DNA of 62,998 nt, counting the filler, from Octopus bimaculoides (taxonomy: Eukaryota), in NCBI RefSeq assembly GCF_001194135.2. It is 6 parts of 6 records of this genome, joined end to end, with 100 filler letters (N's around TTAATTAATTAA, not from the genome) between each part and the next. Parts side by side here need not be neighbours in the genome. Positions count along the whole stretch, not along the records: positions 34,648 to 56,587 come from NC_068982.1; 5 more parts are not named here. One strand, written 5' to 3'. Under the pieces are notes generated by a model. It saw only the letters and a list, made by a program, of their open reading frames with translations. It was not told where the DNA came from and did not search any database. Of this stretch, positions 36,685-48,945 are shown piece after piece. The translations under genes were made by a program, and so were the position numbers. Every line of letters starts with the position of its first letter. Within the stretch, counting starts at the first letter, position 1.

Positions 36685-38575
36685 GAGAGAGAGAGAGAGA
36701 TGTGTGCGCGCTTGTATGTGCTCGTGTATATATGAGTGCATGAGCAGATAGATAGCTATGTGCTCGCAGCATTGTCTGTGAGTAAAAAGCAAGACAATAC
36801 TTCAATATGAGCAATTAGTTGCGGAGAAAATAGTTTATAACTTTTGTCATTAAGCAATTAAAACTCAGTTGAACTTCATTTTCTCTTGTGTCTACTTCGC
36901 TGAAGAACTCATGTCAATTTCAAGGAGAATTATATTTTCAGACATAATCTATACATAGTGTTTCCAGTTTCATTGAATTAAAAGCAACAGACGGACAGGT
37001 AGCATGAAATGAATATTTACAACCTTACTTACGACTAATTCATTAGATGTAATTTATATTATATCACGACAAAACATAAAGTAGAATTCTCCTTTTGTTA
37101 TACATCTCAAGATCATTGCGGCTTCAATAAAATCGTATATTTAATTGTCTTGCTTGAGTTAGCATTGCAACCAGCTGGACCTGCTGTTCCTGAATATAAA
37201 TGAACTGCATAATGAATAATAATATGTTTCAATTCAATATAGTACAGTTTCACTCTGCATCATTCGTGATAAATCATCATAAAGAAAAAAAATCATTGCT
37301 AGCGTATAGATACAGTTTGAAATAAGACGAATCTTTGTGTATTCGTTTAATAATACTACCACTGCAATCATGGTAGTTCATTAGTATAGTAGAATACTTA
37401 ATATGTATTTATATTCAGGTTAATTGCTATAACTGGCAACAACTGTGGTTAAGAAGAAGAATTGTACTTGAAAAATTGGTCGTCATCAACTGTCACAATT
37501 ACATCTCTGGTAGAAGAAGACTAAACAGAATGTCTACGAAATTTTAGCTTATATTTATTTTTTATATTTAATTTGTATCTCTAATAGAGAAATAAGTAAC
37601 TCCGGCTTCAACTTATTCGTGGTAGTATTTCAACGTATTGAACATGTCATTGATTTGAGTATCTTTAAAATTTCTGGCTTCATATACAATTGTATTTAAA
37701 AGTGCATGAGTCAATACAAGAAACACACATACTGACTATTTATTTACGCGTTTTGTGTAAAGTTCATACAAAATAAATTCCCTATTATCAGTTCTGATCT
37801 TCCTTTCTCGCTTTTCTTCTATTGCATTCAATCACACCAGTTTCCGCTATGTTGGCGTCTTTAGAAGGTTTATAAAGTCCAGGTGGCCAGACATGTTATC
37901 TTAAAGCAATAGGAAATTTTATCACCAAACCTGTTTCACAAATCCTAGTAGGGATACCAAATAACTTGTAACATGAGAATGAAAAATCTAAATGTTACAT
38001 AATATCGCTGGTATATATGTATATGTATAGATGTACATGTATATACATGTACATGTACAGATGTATATATATAGATTATATGTATACGTGTATATATATA
38101 TATATATNNNNNNNNNNNNNNNNNNNNNNNNNNNNNNNNNNNNNNNNNNNNNNNNNNNNNNNNNNNNNNNNNNNNNNNNNNNNNNNNNNNNNNNNNNNNN
38201 NNNNNNNNNNNNNNNNNNNNNNNNNNNNNNNNNNNNNNNNNNNNNNNNNNNNNNNNNNNNNNNNNNNNNNNNNNNNNNNNNNNNNNNNNNNNNNNNNNNN
38301 NNNNNNNNNNNNNNNNNNNNNNNNNNNNNNNNNNNNNNNNNNNNNNNNNNNNNNNNNNNNNNNNNNNNNNNNNNNNNNNNNNNNNNNNNNNNNNNNNNNN
38401 NNNNNNNNNNNNNNNNNNNNNNNNNNNNNNNNNNNNNNNNNNNNNNNNNNNNNNNNNNNNNNNNNNNNNNNNNNNNNNNNNNNNNNNNNNNNNNNNNNNN
38501 NNNNNNNNNNNNNNNNNNNNNNNNNNNNNNNNNNNTAATTTAATTCATAGCAAAAGTGACAAAAAAAGAAAGAAC

Positions 38576-39460
38576 AAGAAAGAAAGAACCAAAGCACAGG
38601 TGTCTATGGCAGACTATGTCACCATTACTGTTATTGCTACTAGAACATTAATAACTTGTATAAAATGAACTTCTACATAGAACCTTCGAATATATATAAA
38701 AATGACGCACACACACTCAACAAAACTTCCTTTCTAAAAAAACACTTACAGCTTTCTAGATACGGCTAATAGCGCTGATGCCACAAACAACGTATGTGGT
38801 GGAATGTTTGCTTATAAAAACTTGTATATGCATACATGCGAGTAAGGGGACATCCGAGTAAGGCTGTGCACACGAACCCACACATATATATGTGCATTGG
38901 AGTGTCCATAGCTACCTATTTATAATGTTTGTAGGCTCTTTGTGTGCCTTGTATGTTTAAGTGTTTTTTTACATATATCTTTTTTTATATTTTTGCATGT
39001 CCCACATACTATACCTTCATTTTTCATTTATGTATTCTTTATTATTATTATTATTATTATTATTATTTTCCTGCTGTACCCTTATTTTTATTTTGATTTT
39101 GATTTTAATTCTATTTTTTATTTTTATTTCTATCTTATTTTTGCTGTTGTTTTTCTTCTGGTCTCTACCACACCTCTGCTTTTACCTCTTGCTCTACATT
39201 TGTATGAAACACTTTATGAATCTCTGAAGAGGCCTAGCGGTTCGGGCATGTAACCCCATTTCAAAATGTCATCCGATAATCACTCCGGAAAGGAATATTC
39301 GGATAGAATGGGGCTTGATAAAACTAGGCCGAAACAGCTGTAAGATTAAACTTCTGTTCATCCTCTAATTCCTTATGTACTTTGTACTTCTATATGTAAA
39401 CCAGGTTGGTAAAATAACATAGTCTGCCATAGACACCTGTGCTTTGGTTCTTTCTTTCTT
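38576..39460. repeat. Segment bounded by a perfect 44-bp inverted repeat (38576-38619 / 39417-39460)
   Basis: Exact reverse complement read directly; both arms are near assembly gaps. Confidence 0.85.
39219..39347 (+). ncRNA. Type I hammerhead ribozyme with an extended loop II
   Basis: Stem I AATCT/AGATT; core CTGAAGA (39224-39230); stem II GGCCTAG/CTAGGCC; GAAA (39331-39334); minimal stem III AC-AGCT-GT; GTA cleavage triplet at 39340-39342. Confidence 0.85.
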
Positions 39461-40444
39461 TTNNNNNNNNNNNNNNNNNNNNNNNNNNNNNNNNNNNNNN
39501 NNNNNNNNNNNNNNNNNNNNNNNNNNNNNNNNNNNNNNNNNNNNNNNNNNNNNNNNNNNNNNNNNNNNNNNNNNNNNNNNNNNNNNNNNNNNNNNNNNNN
39601 NNNNNNNNNNNNNNNNNNNNNNNNNNNNNNNNNNNNNNNNNNNNNNNNNNNNNNNNNNNNNNNNNNNNNNNNNNNNNNNNNNNNNNNNNNNNNNNNNNNN
39701 NNNNNNNNNNNNNNNNNNNNNNNNNNNNNNNNNNNNNNNNNNNNNNNNNNNNNNNNNNNNNNNNNNNNNNNNNNNNNNNNNNNNNNNNNNNNNNNNNNNN
39801 NNNNNNNNNNNNNNNNNNNNNNNNNNNNNNNNNNNNNNNNNNNNNNNNNNNNNNNNNNNNNNNNNNNNNNNNNNNNNNNNNNNNNNNNNNNNNNNNNNNN
39901 NNNNNNNNNNNNNNNNNNNNNNNNNNNNNNNNNNNNNNNNNNNNNNNNNNNNNNNNNNNNNNNNNNNNNNNNNNNNNNNNNNNNNNNNNNNNNNNNNNNN
40001 NNNNNNNNNNNNNNNNNNNNNNNNNNNNNNNNNNNNNNNNNNNNNNNNNNNNNNNNNNNNNNNNNNNNNNNNNNNNNNNNNNNNNNNNNNNNNNNNNNNN
40101 NNNNNNNNNNNNNNNNNNNNNNNNNNNNNNNNNNNNNNNNNNNNNNNNNNNNNNNNNNNNNNNNNNNNNNNNNNNNNNNNNNNNNNNNNNNNNNNNNNNN
40201 NNNNNNNNNNNNNNNNNNNNNNNNNNNNNNNNNNNNNNNNNNNNNNNNNNNNNNNNNNNNNNNNNNNNNNNNNNNNNNNNNNNNNNNNNNNNNNNNNNNN
40301 NNNNNNNNNNNNNNNNNNNNNNNNNNNNNNNNNNNNNNNNNNNNNNNNNNNNNNNNNNNNNNNNNNNNNNNNNNNNNNNNNNNNNNNNNNNNNNNNNNNN
40401 NNNNNNNNNNNNNNNNNNNNNNNNNNNNNNNNNNNNNNNNNNNN

Positions 40445-40755
40445 GTGTAAAAAGAGGGGAGGACAGTTTAGGTTTAGCCGTGGAAGGAAAAGCCCACGGA
40501 AAAGACCACGGTAACCTTGGTCAATATTCTCATTGAAGAAACTATAACAGTAAGTGACTCTCTTTTGCCTTTTTGTTTTATTTTTTTTTCTTGTTCATAG
40601 GGTTATGCTCAAGATGGCTCCGTCGTTCACACGTGCCATCCTTGCTACATTCACCCATCTTTTTTTGAAGCATTCACTAGACAAGACTTCCCTTTCTACT
40701 CTCAACTTCCTCTTCAGGTGATACTTGAAGAAGTTGATAAGAGATTGCCCAGTGT
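40445..40755 (-). mobile_element. L1/Tx1-type LINE 3' end (ORF2 C-terminus plus 3' UTR)
   Basis: GQSLINFFKYHLKRKLRVEREVLSSECFKKRWVNVARM* followed by an A-rich tract; family assignment from memory. Confidence 0.6.
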
Positions 40756-43723
40756 AAATAGATAGGTAGATAGATATATAGATAGATGGATGGTTCAGTA
40801 TAAAATATTGAACCATCCATCTACCGAGATATTCATGATATTCATCATGGGGAGAAATAATTTCCCTTGTACTTGGAGTGACAGAGACAAAATGTATTTA
40901 ATAAAACATTTGTAAAATTTCAGTCCATTAACGTAAACTGATGATTCGGTAGCTACGTTTGATATTGCTGCAATATTATTAACAGACGGTTATATGACTT
41001 TTGGATTTTAAGTAGCCTTTCAATTTTCCACACTTTCCCATTCATATTCCTATGTGTAATACTTTCAAAAATCTGGTCTATCAGATATACTTACGAAGGC
41101 GAAGCTAAGATATCAGATGGGTGAAATATTTCTCAAATACTTTGATTATGACTCGCAGTCGCAACTTAAAATTTCAAGTAATTAACACCATTTCATTAAG
41201 TAGAATGACCGTATTCTTCACTGTCAAACAATTCAATGTGATACATATATACATACAGGTGTGTGTTTGCGTGTGTGCATGCGGGTGTGTATGTATGTAT
41301 GTATGTATGTATGCATCTTCTTTTAAGCACCACTCAATTTGTAATACTTAAACATGTGTTTTCTTCAATGTCCGCGAGGAAAATGTTTCATTCCTGTGGA
41401 ATATAGAAATGAACTTTGACAATTCCGCATACATGTCTGTGTGCACGTGTGTGCGGGTGGGTGGGTTGTGTGTGTTCATTGACATTCCAAGCTGTTGTGT
41501 TCGTTTAACTTAGTGAATGAAGAAATTCACAAAATTAAATAAATATGTAGGAAAGTCAATAAGATATAGTAATTCCTCCATTTCACAGAAAATTAATTTT
41601 ATAAACACTACACTAAGAACTAGAGATGACAATGGTATTTTTCTCTTCGTCGACATTCAAATAAACCCTATTTCATATTTAAATTTTCTGCTCTCTGTAT
41701 CATAATTAATAATTTTAGTATTTGAGCATATGAATTATATGTATTTTGTACTTTTTATAAATTTGACTCTGGCAGGGACAATATTTTGAATCCTTTGTAA
41801 ACATATTATATTGCGATTGTTTAATTCAATATTCTGTTCATTAATTAGGATACTGCGGGTAGTAGTTTTAAGTTATACATTCTAATGATTACCTAATTGT
41901 AGATCATCAGGACATTTATAGAGACCAATAGTGGCACATATCTTTAATGAGCGCGTCGGTATGTATGAAGTATAGATGATTGTAAAATTTCTTCATTACT
42001 ACTGACGTTATTATTTTTCTCTGTTGTCATCGGAGCTCGAAATATCTGCAGAAATATTTATTTGTCCACGAAACATTTTACAAGGAAATGGTTTTGATGT
42101 GGATCCTCTCTCACACTTTCAATCGTTAAAAGTTTTCTCGAAACATTAAAGGCAATTTTTTTAAAATTATTATTTGAGGACAGATGAACCATTCGTAATT
42201 TTCATTTTCCTATTTAACGCATACCAGTTTTGATCATTCGAATGATATTCTGTTTCATTGTATGAATTGTATCAAGATTATTATTTTCGGCATGTAGTTG
42301 TTAAAAACCGATTAGAAAAGTTTATATCATTCCACATAACTACTCGACGTATTCTTAATTATATTATTAGTTAGCATAAAATATATCTATATGTTGATGC
42401 AGAATATCGACATTCTCTATGTTGAAATATTTTACGTAAGTTATTCATCAATATTATCTCTAAAGAATTAACATCCATGTGCAAAACAAAATATATCATT
42501 TTTTTCCCATTTTTAATGGATATAATAAGTTATATAAGGATGTTTACACAAATTCTCAGTCTTTCTTTCATTCTTTATTTCTATGGAAAATTTGATTACA
42601 TATAGGTCGGCTCTAGAATAATGGTTGTGTTTATTAGAATCGTCTCTAGCATAATATTCATCTGGAAATCTAAACTGGTGTCATGTACTTAAACAAAAGG
42701 TGGTTCTGTATGCAATGAGTAAAATGCCAACGGGGGGATATTAACAAATAGAAACTTATATGCAATGTGAAGATTTAATTGTTTGTCACGCCAGCTGTAT
42801 GCCAGATAATGTTCGCATAAGGAAATTACATAAATGAGATATTAAAGATTTATTTACTTATGAAGGAAAATATACCAGAATAATACAATTTCTGTTCGTT
42901 TTTTTTTTTTAAGAACTTCCTTAATATGATGTGTGTTTACAAACGGATATCATTAGTACTTTTTTATGATTTCTTTTGTGGAAAAGAAACTTTAGTCAAA
43001 CTTACAACAAAAGTTGTCTGCATAGAAAATACTATGATGTTTTACAGTTTTCACATCACCATTTCCTGTGATGCGGATTTTCTAATTCATTTTGGCTAAG
43101 AAAAGATAAGAATAATAAATCATAATCAAATACGCCATAATACGTAAATGATAGAAAATAATTAATACTGTTGAACAGAAAATAATCTCTTCTTCGTCGT
43201 ATTTTCTGTATTGTTATCTTTATTAAGAATTAGTTTCTACACCAAGAAATGTCTTCGCCATGTTTTACCCTCTCTGGTATCTTTTTAAATGTGCACATTA
43301 TCTTCCAAGCAGAAAAGGTGTAAGACACCTTTTTCATTTTTGTTATTCTTTGATGAAAAGCGTTTCAACCGTATCTTTCCCGTCTATGACTAGTTTGTAG
43401 GATCATATTATAAATACAGTTATTTCCCTTAAGTGACTGCGTAAAGTTTTCCGGCTGTGCATTCGTTTTGATACACGGATCATAAGCATGATTACCCTCA
43501 TTTACTTGATTTGTTTTACAGTCTTTAATGTGTGCACTCCTAAAATTCTCGATTTTGGTGGGCGCTTTTATTCGTATTAATTGAATTTATTATATATTTC
43601 TTTAACACAATTTTAATTAGACGATCGTAGACGTTAAGATTATTTTCTATAGCTATCACTTTTGGAAAATTTTGAGACTCTTAGTTGCTATAGTGATAAA
43701 TATTTTAATATTACGATATACTT

Positions 43724-43918
43724 TGCAAGGCGGCTAGCTAACAGATTCGTTTGCATACCGGGAAAAAGGCTTTTCCTCTTTACATTCTACCGATGTCGAC
43801 TTTTTCTTTCAGCCTTTCGGAGTCAATAAAATAAGTACCAGTTGAGCACTGAGATCAATGTCATCAATTTAACTCTCTCCTAAATTTGCTGTCCTTGTCC
43901 CCAAATTTGAAGCCAATA
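43724..43918 (+). mobile_element. SINE family D, degenerate
   Basis: GTCGAC...CCTTTCGGAGTCAATAAAATAAGTACCAG core as in 51405-51648. Confidence 0.7.
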
Positions 43919-44033
43919 TTTTAAGATACTTAATAATACATAGCAACTTAAGTTTTCTTAAATATCTTCATATTTTCTAGCTGTAATCTTTCCTTTTTTA
44001 CTTTTTCTGTAGTGCTTATCTACTCATGGCAGT

Positions 44034-44418
44034 GTGGATGCGCAATGGCCCAGTAGCTAGGGCAGCGGACTCGTGGTCAAAGGATCGCGGTTTCGATTCC
44101 CAGACTGGGTGTTGTGAATGTTTATTGAGCGAAAACACCTAAAGCTCCACGATGCTCCGGCAGGGGATGGTGGCGAGCCCTGCTGTACTCTTCACCACAA
44201 CTTTCTCTCAATCTTACTTCCTGTTTCTGTAGTACCTGTAATTCAAAGGGTCCGCCTTGTCACAATGTGTCACGCTGAATATCCCCGAGAACTACGTTAA
44301 AGGTACACGTGTCTGTGGAGTGCTCAGCCACTTGCACGTTAATTTGATGAGCAGATTGTTCCGTTGATCGGATCAACTGGAACCCTCGTTGTCGTAAGCG
44401 ATGGAGTGCCTACGACAG
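44034..44418 (+). mobile_element. Full-length SINE family A
   Basis: A and B boxes; TSD CTCATGGCAG / CTCTTGGCAG at 44023-44032 and 44419-44428. Confidence 0.92.
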
Positions 44419-45404
44419 CTCTTGGCAGAATATTTCACTAAATTGTCATCTTCCCCGATAAAGTTCTTGTTTCTCTATACTTTGTACAATACAGTATTTT
44501 TTTCTGAAATCTTCTGATGTATTGGCTGTATTGCAAGCCGCTTATGCTCACGGCCTAAAATTATCTTCGTTTGGTAAATCGGAACTTTGTTTGATATATT
44601 TCCTAATTTTAGAATTAAAAATCAGTTTCATAGAGTTTATCAACACTGACTCCGACAATGGTAGATGCAGGGAAATTACCCTCGTTATGATTCCTACTGG
44701 ATAGTGTGAGGCTCCACTTCTCTCTCAGACATTTATTTCTAAAAAGAATCTTCCTGATTTAATAATTCTAAAATGGCGTTTATGTATCTTGTGTTTTAAA
44801 CGGTAGGATTTTTGTATTTTCTGTCATACTTCTTCAGTCACTCATCTTCAGTTATCGACATTCTAAAATTACAAATTATTCAGTGGCATTTTCCAGTTTG
44901 AACCATTCCTTCTTTTAATGCATTATGAGCATTACAAGCAGCTGGTACTTTCTCTCTCTCCAGAAATTTTTGTAACTTAAACAATCAGGTCATATCAGTA
45001 ATCCATATNNNNNNNNNNNNNNNNNNNNNNNNNNNNNNNNNNNNNNNNNNNNNNNNNNNNNNNNNNNNNNNNNNNNNNNNNNNNNTATATATATATATAT
45101 ATATATGTTTTATATGTTTGCTGAAAATGGGATTTGATCCTGTATCATTGATGGCTTCATAATGTGATACAAGACATGATTCCTCACGTGATGTTATATT
45201 TTGTCAGTTTTAAAAAATTTCATTCAATCAAAAATGTTTGCTTTCCTCCGAAGCTTATTGTGGAAGCCTTGATGTCTCATCTACATATAAATCAGTCCAG
45301 CATGTATTTTATATCCAGTCAATAACAGTGTTAGACTAAACATAATATATAAGGGTTTTATGATTATATCGCTGATTATTGCTGTTGGTGTTATTTTTAG
45401 CAGA

Positions 45405-45422
45405 AGCAGCAGCAGCAGCACC

Positions 45423-45487
<65 letters not shown>

Positions 45488-45491
45488 AAGT

Positions 45492-45552
<61 letters not shown>

Positions 45553-45570
45553 ACAGCAGCAGCAGCTCTG
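45405..45570. repeat. (AGT)n/(AGC)n compound trinucleotide repeat
   Basis: Directly visible. Confidence 0.95.
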
Positions 45571-45635
45571 GTAGTGTTAGTGTTAGCGGTAGTAGTCAGC
45601 ACAAATCTAAATGTACAGAATTACCGTCTACATAC

Positions 45636-45746
45636 CTGGGATCAATAAAATCATTCCTGCTAACTTCCCATAGAACGATCGATCCACACTTGTCACTCTT
45701 CTGAGGAGTTCAGATTTCTTGATCTTTATTACATTTTTACTCCATT
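45636..45746 (-). CDS. Candidate phase 1-1 exon (WSKNVIKIKKSELLRRVTSVDRSFYGKLAGMILLIP)
   Basis: CAG|GTATGT donor, weak TAATAG acceptor, open frame; FYG motif resembles NIDO/PLXDC FPFYG. Confidence 0.2.
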
Positions 45747-45799
45747 CTATTAATAATAATGCCAAAGAGTTTTTGATGTTTTTGCAGTTGCTGTAGTTA

Positions 45800-45950
45800 T
45801 TGTCATCATCTTCATCGTCGTCATCCTCATCATCGTCGTCATCATCATCATGGTCGTCATCATCATCATCGTCATCATCGTCATCATCATCATCATCATC
45901 ACATCATCATCATCATCCTCATGATCATCAGCATTATCATCATCATCATT
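45800..45950. repeat. (CAT)n/(CGT) degenerate trinucleotide repeat
   Basis: Directly visible. Confidence 0.9.
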
Positions 45951-46249
45951 AACATGGCTAATTTTCTTTTGCTTCTTTACATTAAATTTATAGAATATTT
46001 TACCCTCTTCTATTATAATAGTCAATATACCGAAAAATTATTGTTTTGGTTTTATGAATTTAGCTTAGATATTTTATCTCTGATCGTGAGTTATAAGGAA
46101 ACACGCTGCACTATGGCTAAAGCACAATGACCCTCAAAAACTTGCATACACCTACATTGTCTTTTCTACATATTTATTTTCTCTGCATATATATATGGGG
46201 ATCAATGGTCCTATCTGTATCATGAAGAACGTAAAGCCGGTTTACTGGT

Positions 46250-46420
46250 TTGTGGCATATACATTCCCCCAGCTGGATAGGATGCATAAGGCTTCCTCAT
46301 TTTGGGTAGCTGACTGGACTGGAGCAACTGGAAATTAAGTCTTTTCGTCGAGAACACAAGAAAACGCCCGAGCTAGGAATCGAAACGACAATCTTGTGAT
46401 CATGAGCGTAAAACTCAGTC
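46250..46420 (-). mobile_element. Degenerate family C-like SINE
   Basis: Minus strand B-box-like TTTCGATTCC and CCAGTTGCTCCAGTCCAGTCAGCT resembling the family C middle. Confidence 0.5.
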
Positions 46421-46429
46421 ACTTACCTC

Positions 46430-46570
<141 letters not shown>

Positions 46571-47799
46571 GCATACGCTCCAGCAAGCACATATGGGCAT
46601 ATATGAAATATGTGCTCGTACTTTTACAGTGTAGCTTCCGATTCTGTCTGTATGTTAGAAGTGAATAATTATCAAGTTTTGTACACACCAAATGTGTTAC
46701 ATGTATTTTCCTAAACTAATTGTTTCTGCCATTTATTTTTTATTATTATTATTTCCATTCAAATTCTTTCTCTCAACTGCCAACTTTTTTCTTTTAACTC
46801 CGTCTTTAAATCTACCACGCTCTTTTACAAACATCATTTTGTCATTTGGTAATTAGCTTCACTTCGAAGTTTTTCAGCTTTTTGCTCTTGTTCTTCTTCG
46901 TCACGATTCAAGTGAAAAATTTCAAGTGTGACGCTAAATTCCATCACAGCCAATCATGTTTTTCTCTGTTCATGTCCATGCTTTTCTCATAATGATATTA
47001 TTATTGTTGGTGTTGATCACAAAATTGGTAATGTCTTATTTTCTCTCGCATTCTTTCACTCATATTTTCGCTCATCTTACATTCCTTGTGTTATAATGCC
47101 TGTCTCAAATTTAAGGTTCATACTTCTGTGTAGTTGTAGTATATTATATTATTAATTTATACGGCTGCTACCTGGCAGAGTCATTACCGCAACATATAAA
47201 ATGCTAAATGGCATTTCTTCTGACTTTCACAGGCGATGAAATGAGTACTGTTTGAACACTGGGGTTGATGTAATTCACTTCCATGTAATCTGAAATTGCT
47301 GGCTTTGAGTCAAAATCGAAAATCAGTATCAAGTTATATAATTTGCGAATTCTACATTTACCAAGTATTACCTACTGGCATTCATTGCCCACACAAAGCA
47401 TAAATACATATGCGAATATTTGTTTGTGTATATAAACATTTCAGAAAATAGAACTTTCTATATTTAATAGTGTCAAAATTTAAGGTATCGAATTAATTTG
47501 TTACTACTTAGTATGTTGAATTAGATCACTTGGAAATTAATGTATTTTGTGCAATCTATCTTAATATTTTTTTGTAAGTCTACTTATTGGTTATTCTTCC
47601 AGATGGGAGAAAATATTCGGCTTATGTCAGAGATAATTGCCTGAAACCGTGTGTCTTCATTTTAGTAGAATATGAATATCTTGTGTTTGGGATATATATA
47701 TATCGCATGATCTTCCCTAGTCCCGCAAATATTTTATCTTGGCTCTCGGCTCTTCAGCCCAGTTATGCTTCAGACGAGTATACTCTCCAATTCTTAATA

Positions 47800-48606
47800 C
47801 AGGCTGCGGTGAGTAATCTGTCGTTTAAATTGCGCAAAAATGAAAATAAAACTAACATCTCATTTTAACAGATATATTTACCAAAAATACAAAAAAAATA
47901 TGCTGAATACTAAATCGCCATTGGTTTCAACCACGGCCTCCAAACAACTTCGGAATCTGCGGCAGCTCTTCTGGACCGTCTCCTTGTTTAAGCTGGTGAA
48001 TGCTGTCATAATCTTTGCCTTCAGTGTATCCTTGATATTAAAAGGAGTTCAAATGAATCCCACACATAATAATCAAGGGGGTTGCAGTCTGGTGGCCAGA
48101 TGTTAGGGGTCATATGGTCGCAGAAATTTTCTGGCAGCCATTAGTTGGTTCTCCTGCTCGTGCGGTATGGGGCAGAGTCCTGTTGCCAGACATAGGGTCT
48201 TACAGCAAGCACCCTCTTCAACCAGGGCAACACTACCTCCTCCAGGCACTTAATGTAGGCCTTTGTGCTGAGTCTGAGGCCGTGTGGGAAGATGATGTTA
48301 ACTGGATGTTTGATTATTTTTTTTATCACTCTCGTTACATGTTCTCAGACTACACTACCCTCAGATTGACACGCAAACACTCTGAAATGTTCGTATTGGA
48401 ACTTCCGGTGCAAATGCCAAGCGGTACAGCATGTCGTTTCCAAATTTCTAGCAGTGTGAATTGCGTTATTGTCCTGTTTTCCTCATAGACGGTGCCCAAC
48501 TGACCCTAATATACGTTGTTGTTGTTGTTGTTAAAATCAAAAACAAACAATGCGCTTGCATGAAATTAAAAATATAATCTTGCGAAAATTTACCCATCGA
48601 ATGCTG
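47800..48606 (-). mobile_element. Internally deleted maT/Bmmar1-like element with both ends
   Basis: Imperfect TIRs (18/26 including the flanking TA); TA at 47798-47799 and 48607-48608; peptides EIWKRHAV, YVWQQDSAP, PDCNPLDYYVW. Confidence 0.85.
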
Positions 48607-48764
48607 TATATAGCGTAGAGTCGCAATAAACAAATTACTTAAGTTTAGGAGCTACTTTAAATTGTTGACTTTCCTAATTAAAAAAAATAAATAAATAGAA
48701 ATTTTAGCACAGTGTTAGAGTGTGCTTTCTCATTCTCTGTTTCAGTCTATACATGTGAGTATGC

Positions 48765-48887
48765 TTTTCTCTCTCTCTCTCTCTCTCCACTTTCTCTCTC
48801 TCTCCCCACTCTCTCTCCACTCTCTCTCTCCACTTTCTCTCTCTCTCTCCACTTTCTCTCTCTCTCTCTCCATTTTCTCTCTCTCTC

Positions 48888-48923
<36 letters not shown>

Positions 48924-48945
48924 TCTCTCTCTCCCTCTCTCTCAG
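48765..48945. repeat. Degenerate (CT)n repeat
   Basis: Directly visible. Confidence 0.9.

Noticed and set aside
40601-40770. Plus-strand exon with a strong polypyrimidine acceptor (GYAQDGSVVH...)
   Set aside because: The pyrimidine tract is the A-rich tail of a minus-strand Tx1-like fragment, and the peptide does not resemble p31comet.
45336-45704. Poly-Ser/Thr/Val ORFs
   Set aside because: Translations of (AGT)/(AGC) microsatellite with no coding support.
48490-48514. Asymmetric (non-TIR) end of the maT element
   Set aside because: A matching imperfect TIR was found further out at about 48583-48606, beyond a (GTT)n insert.
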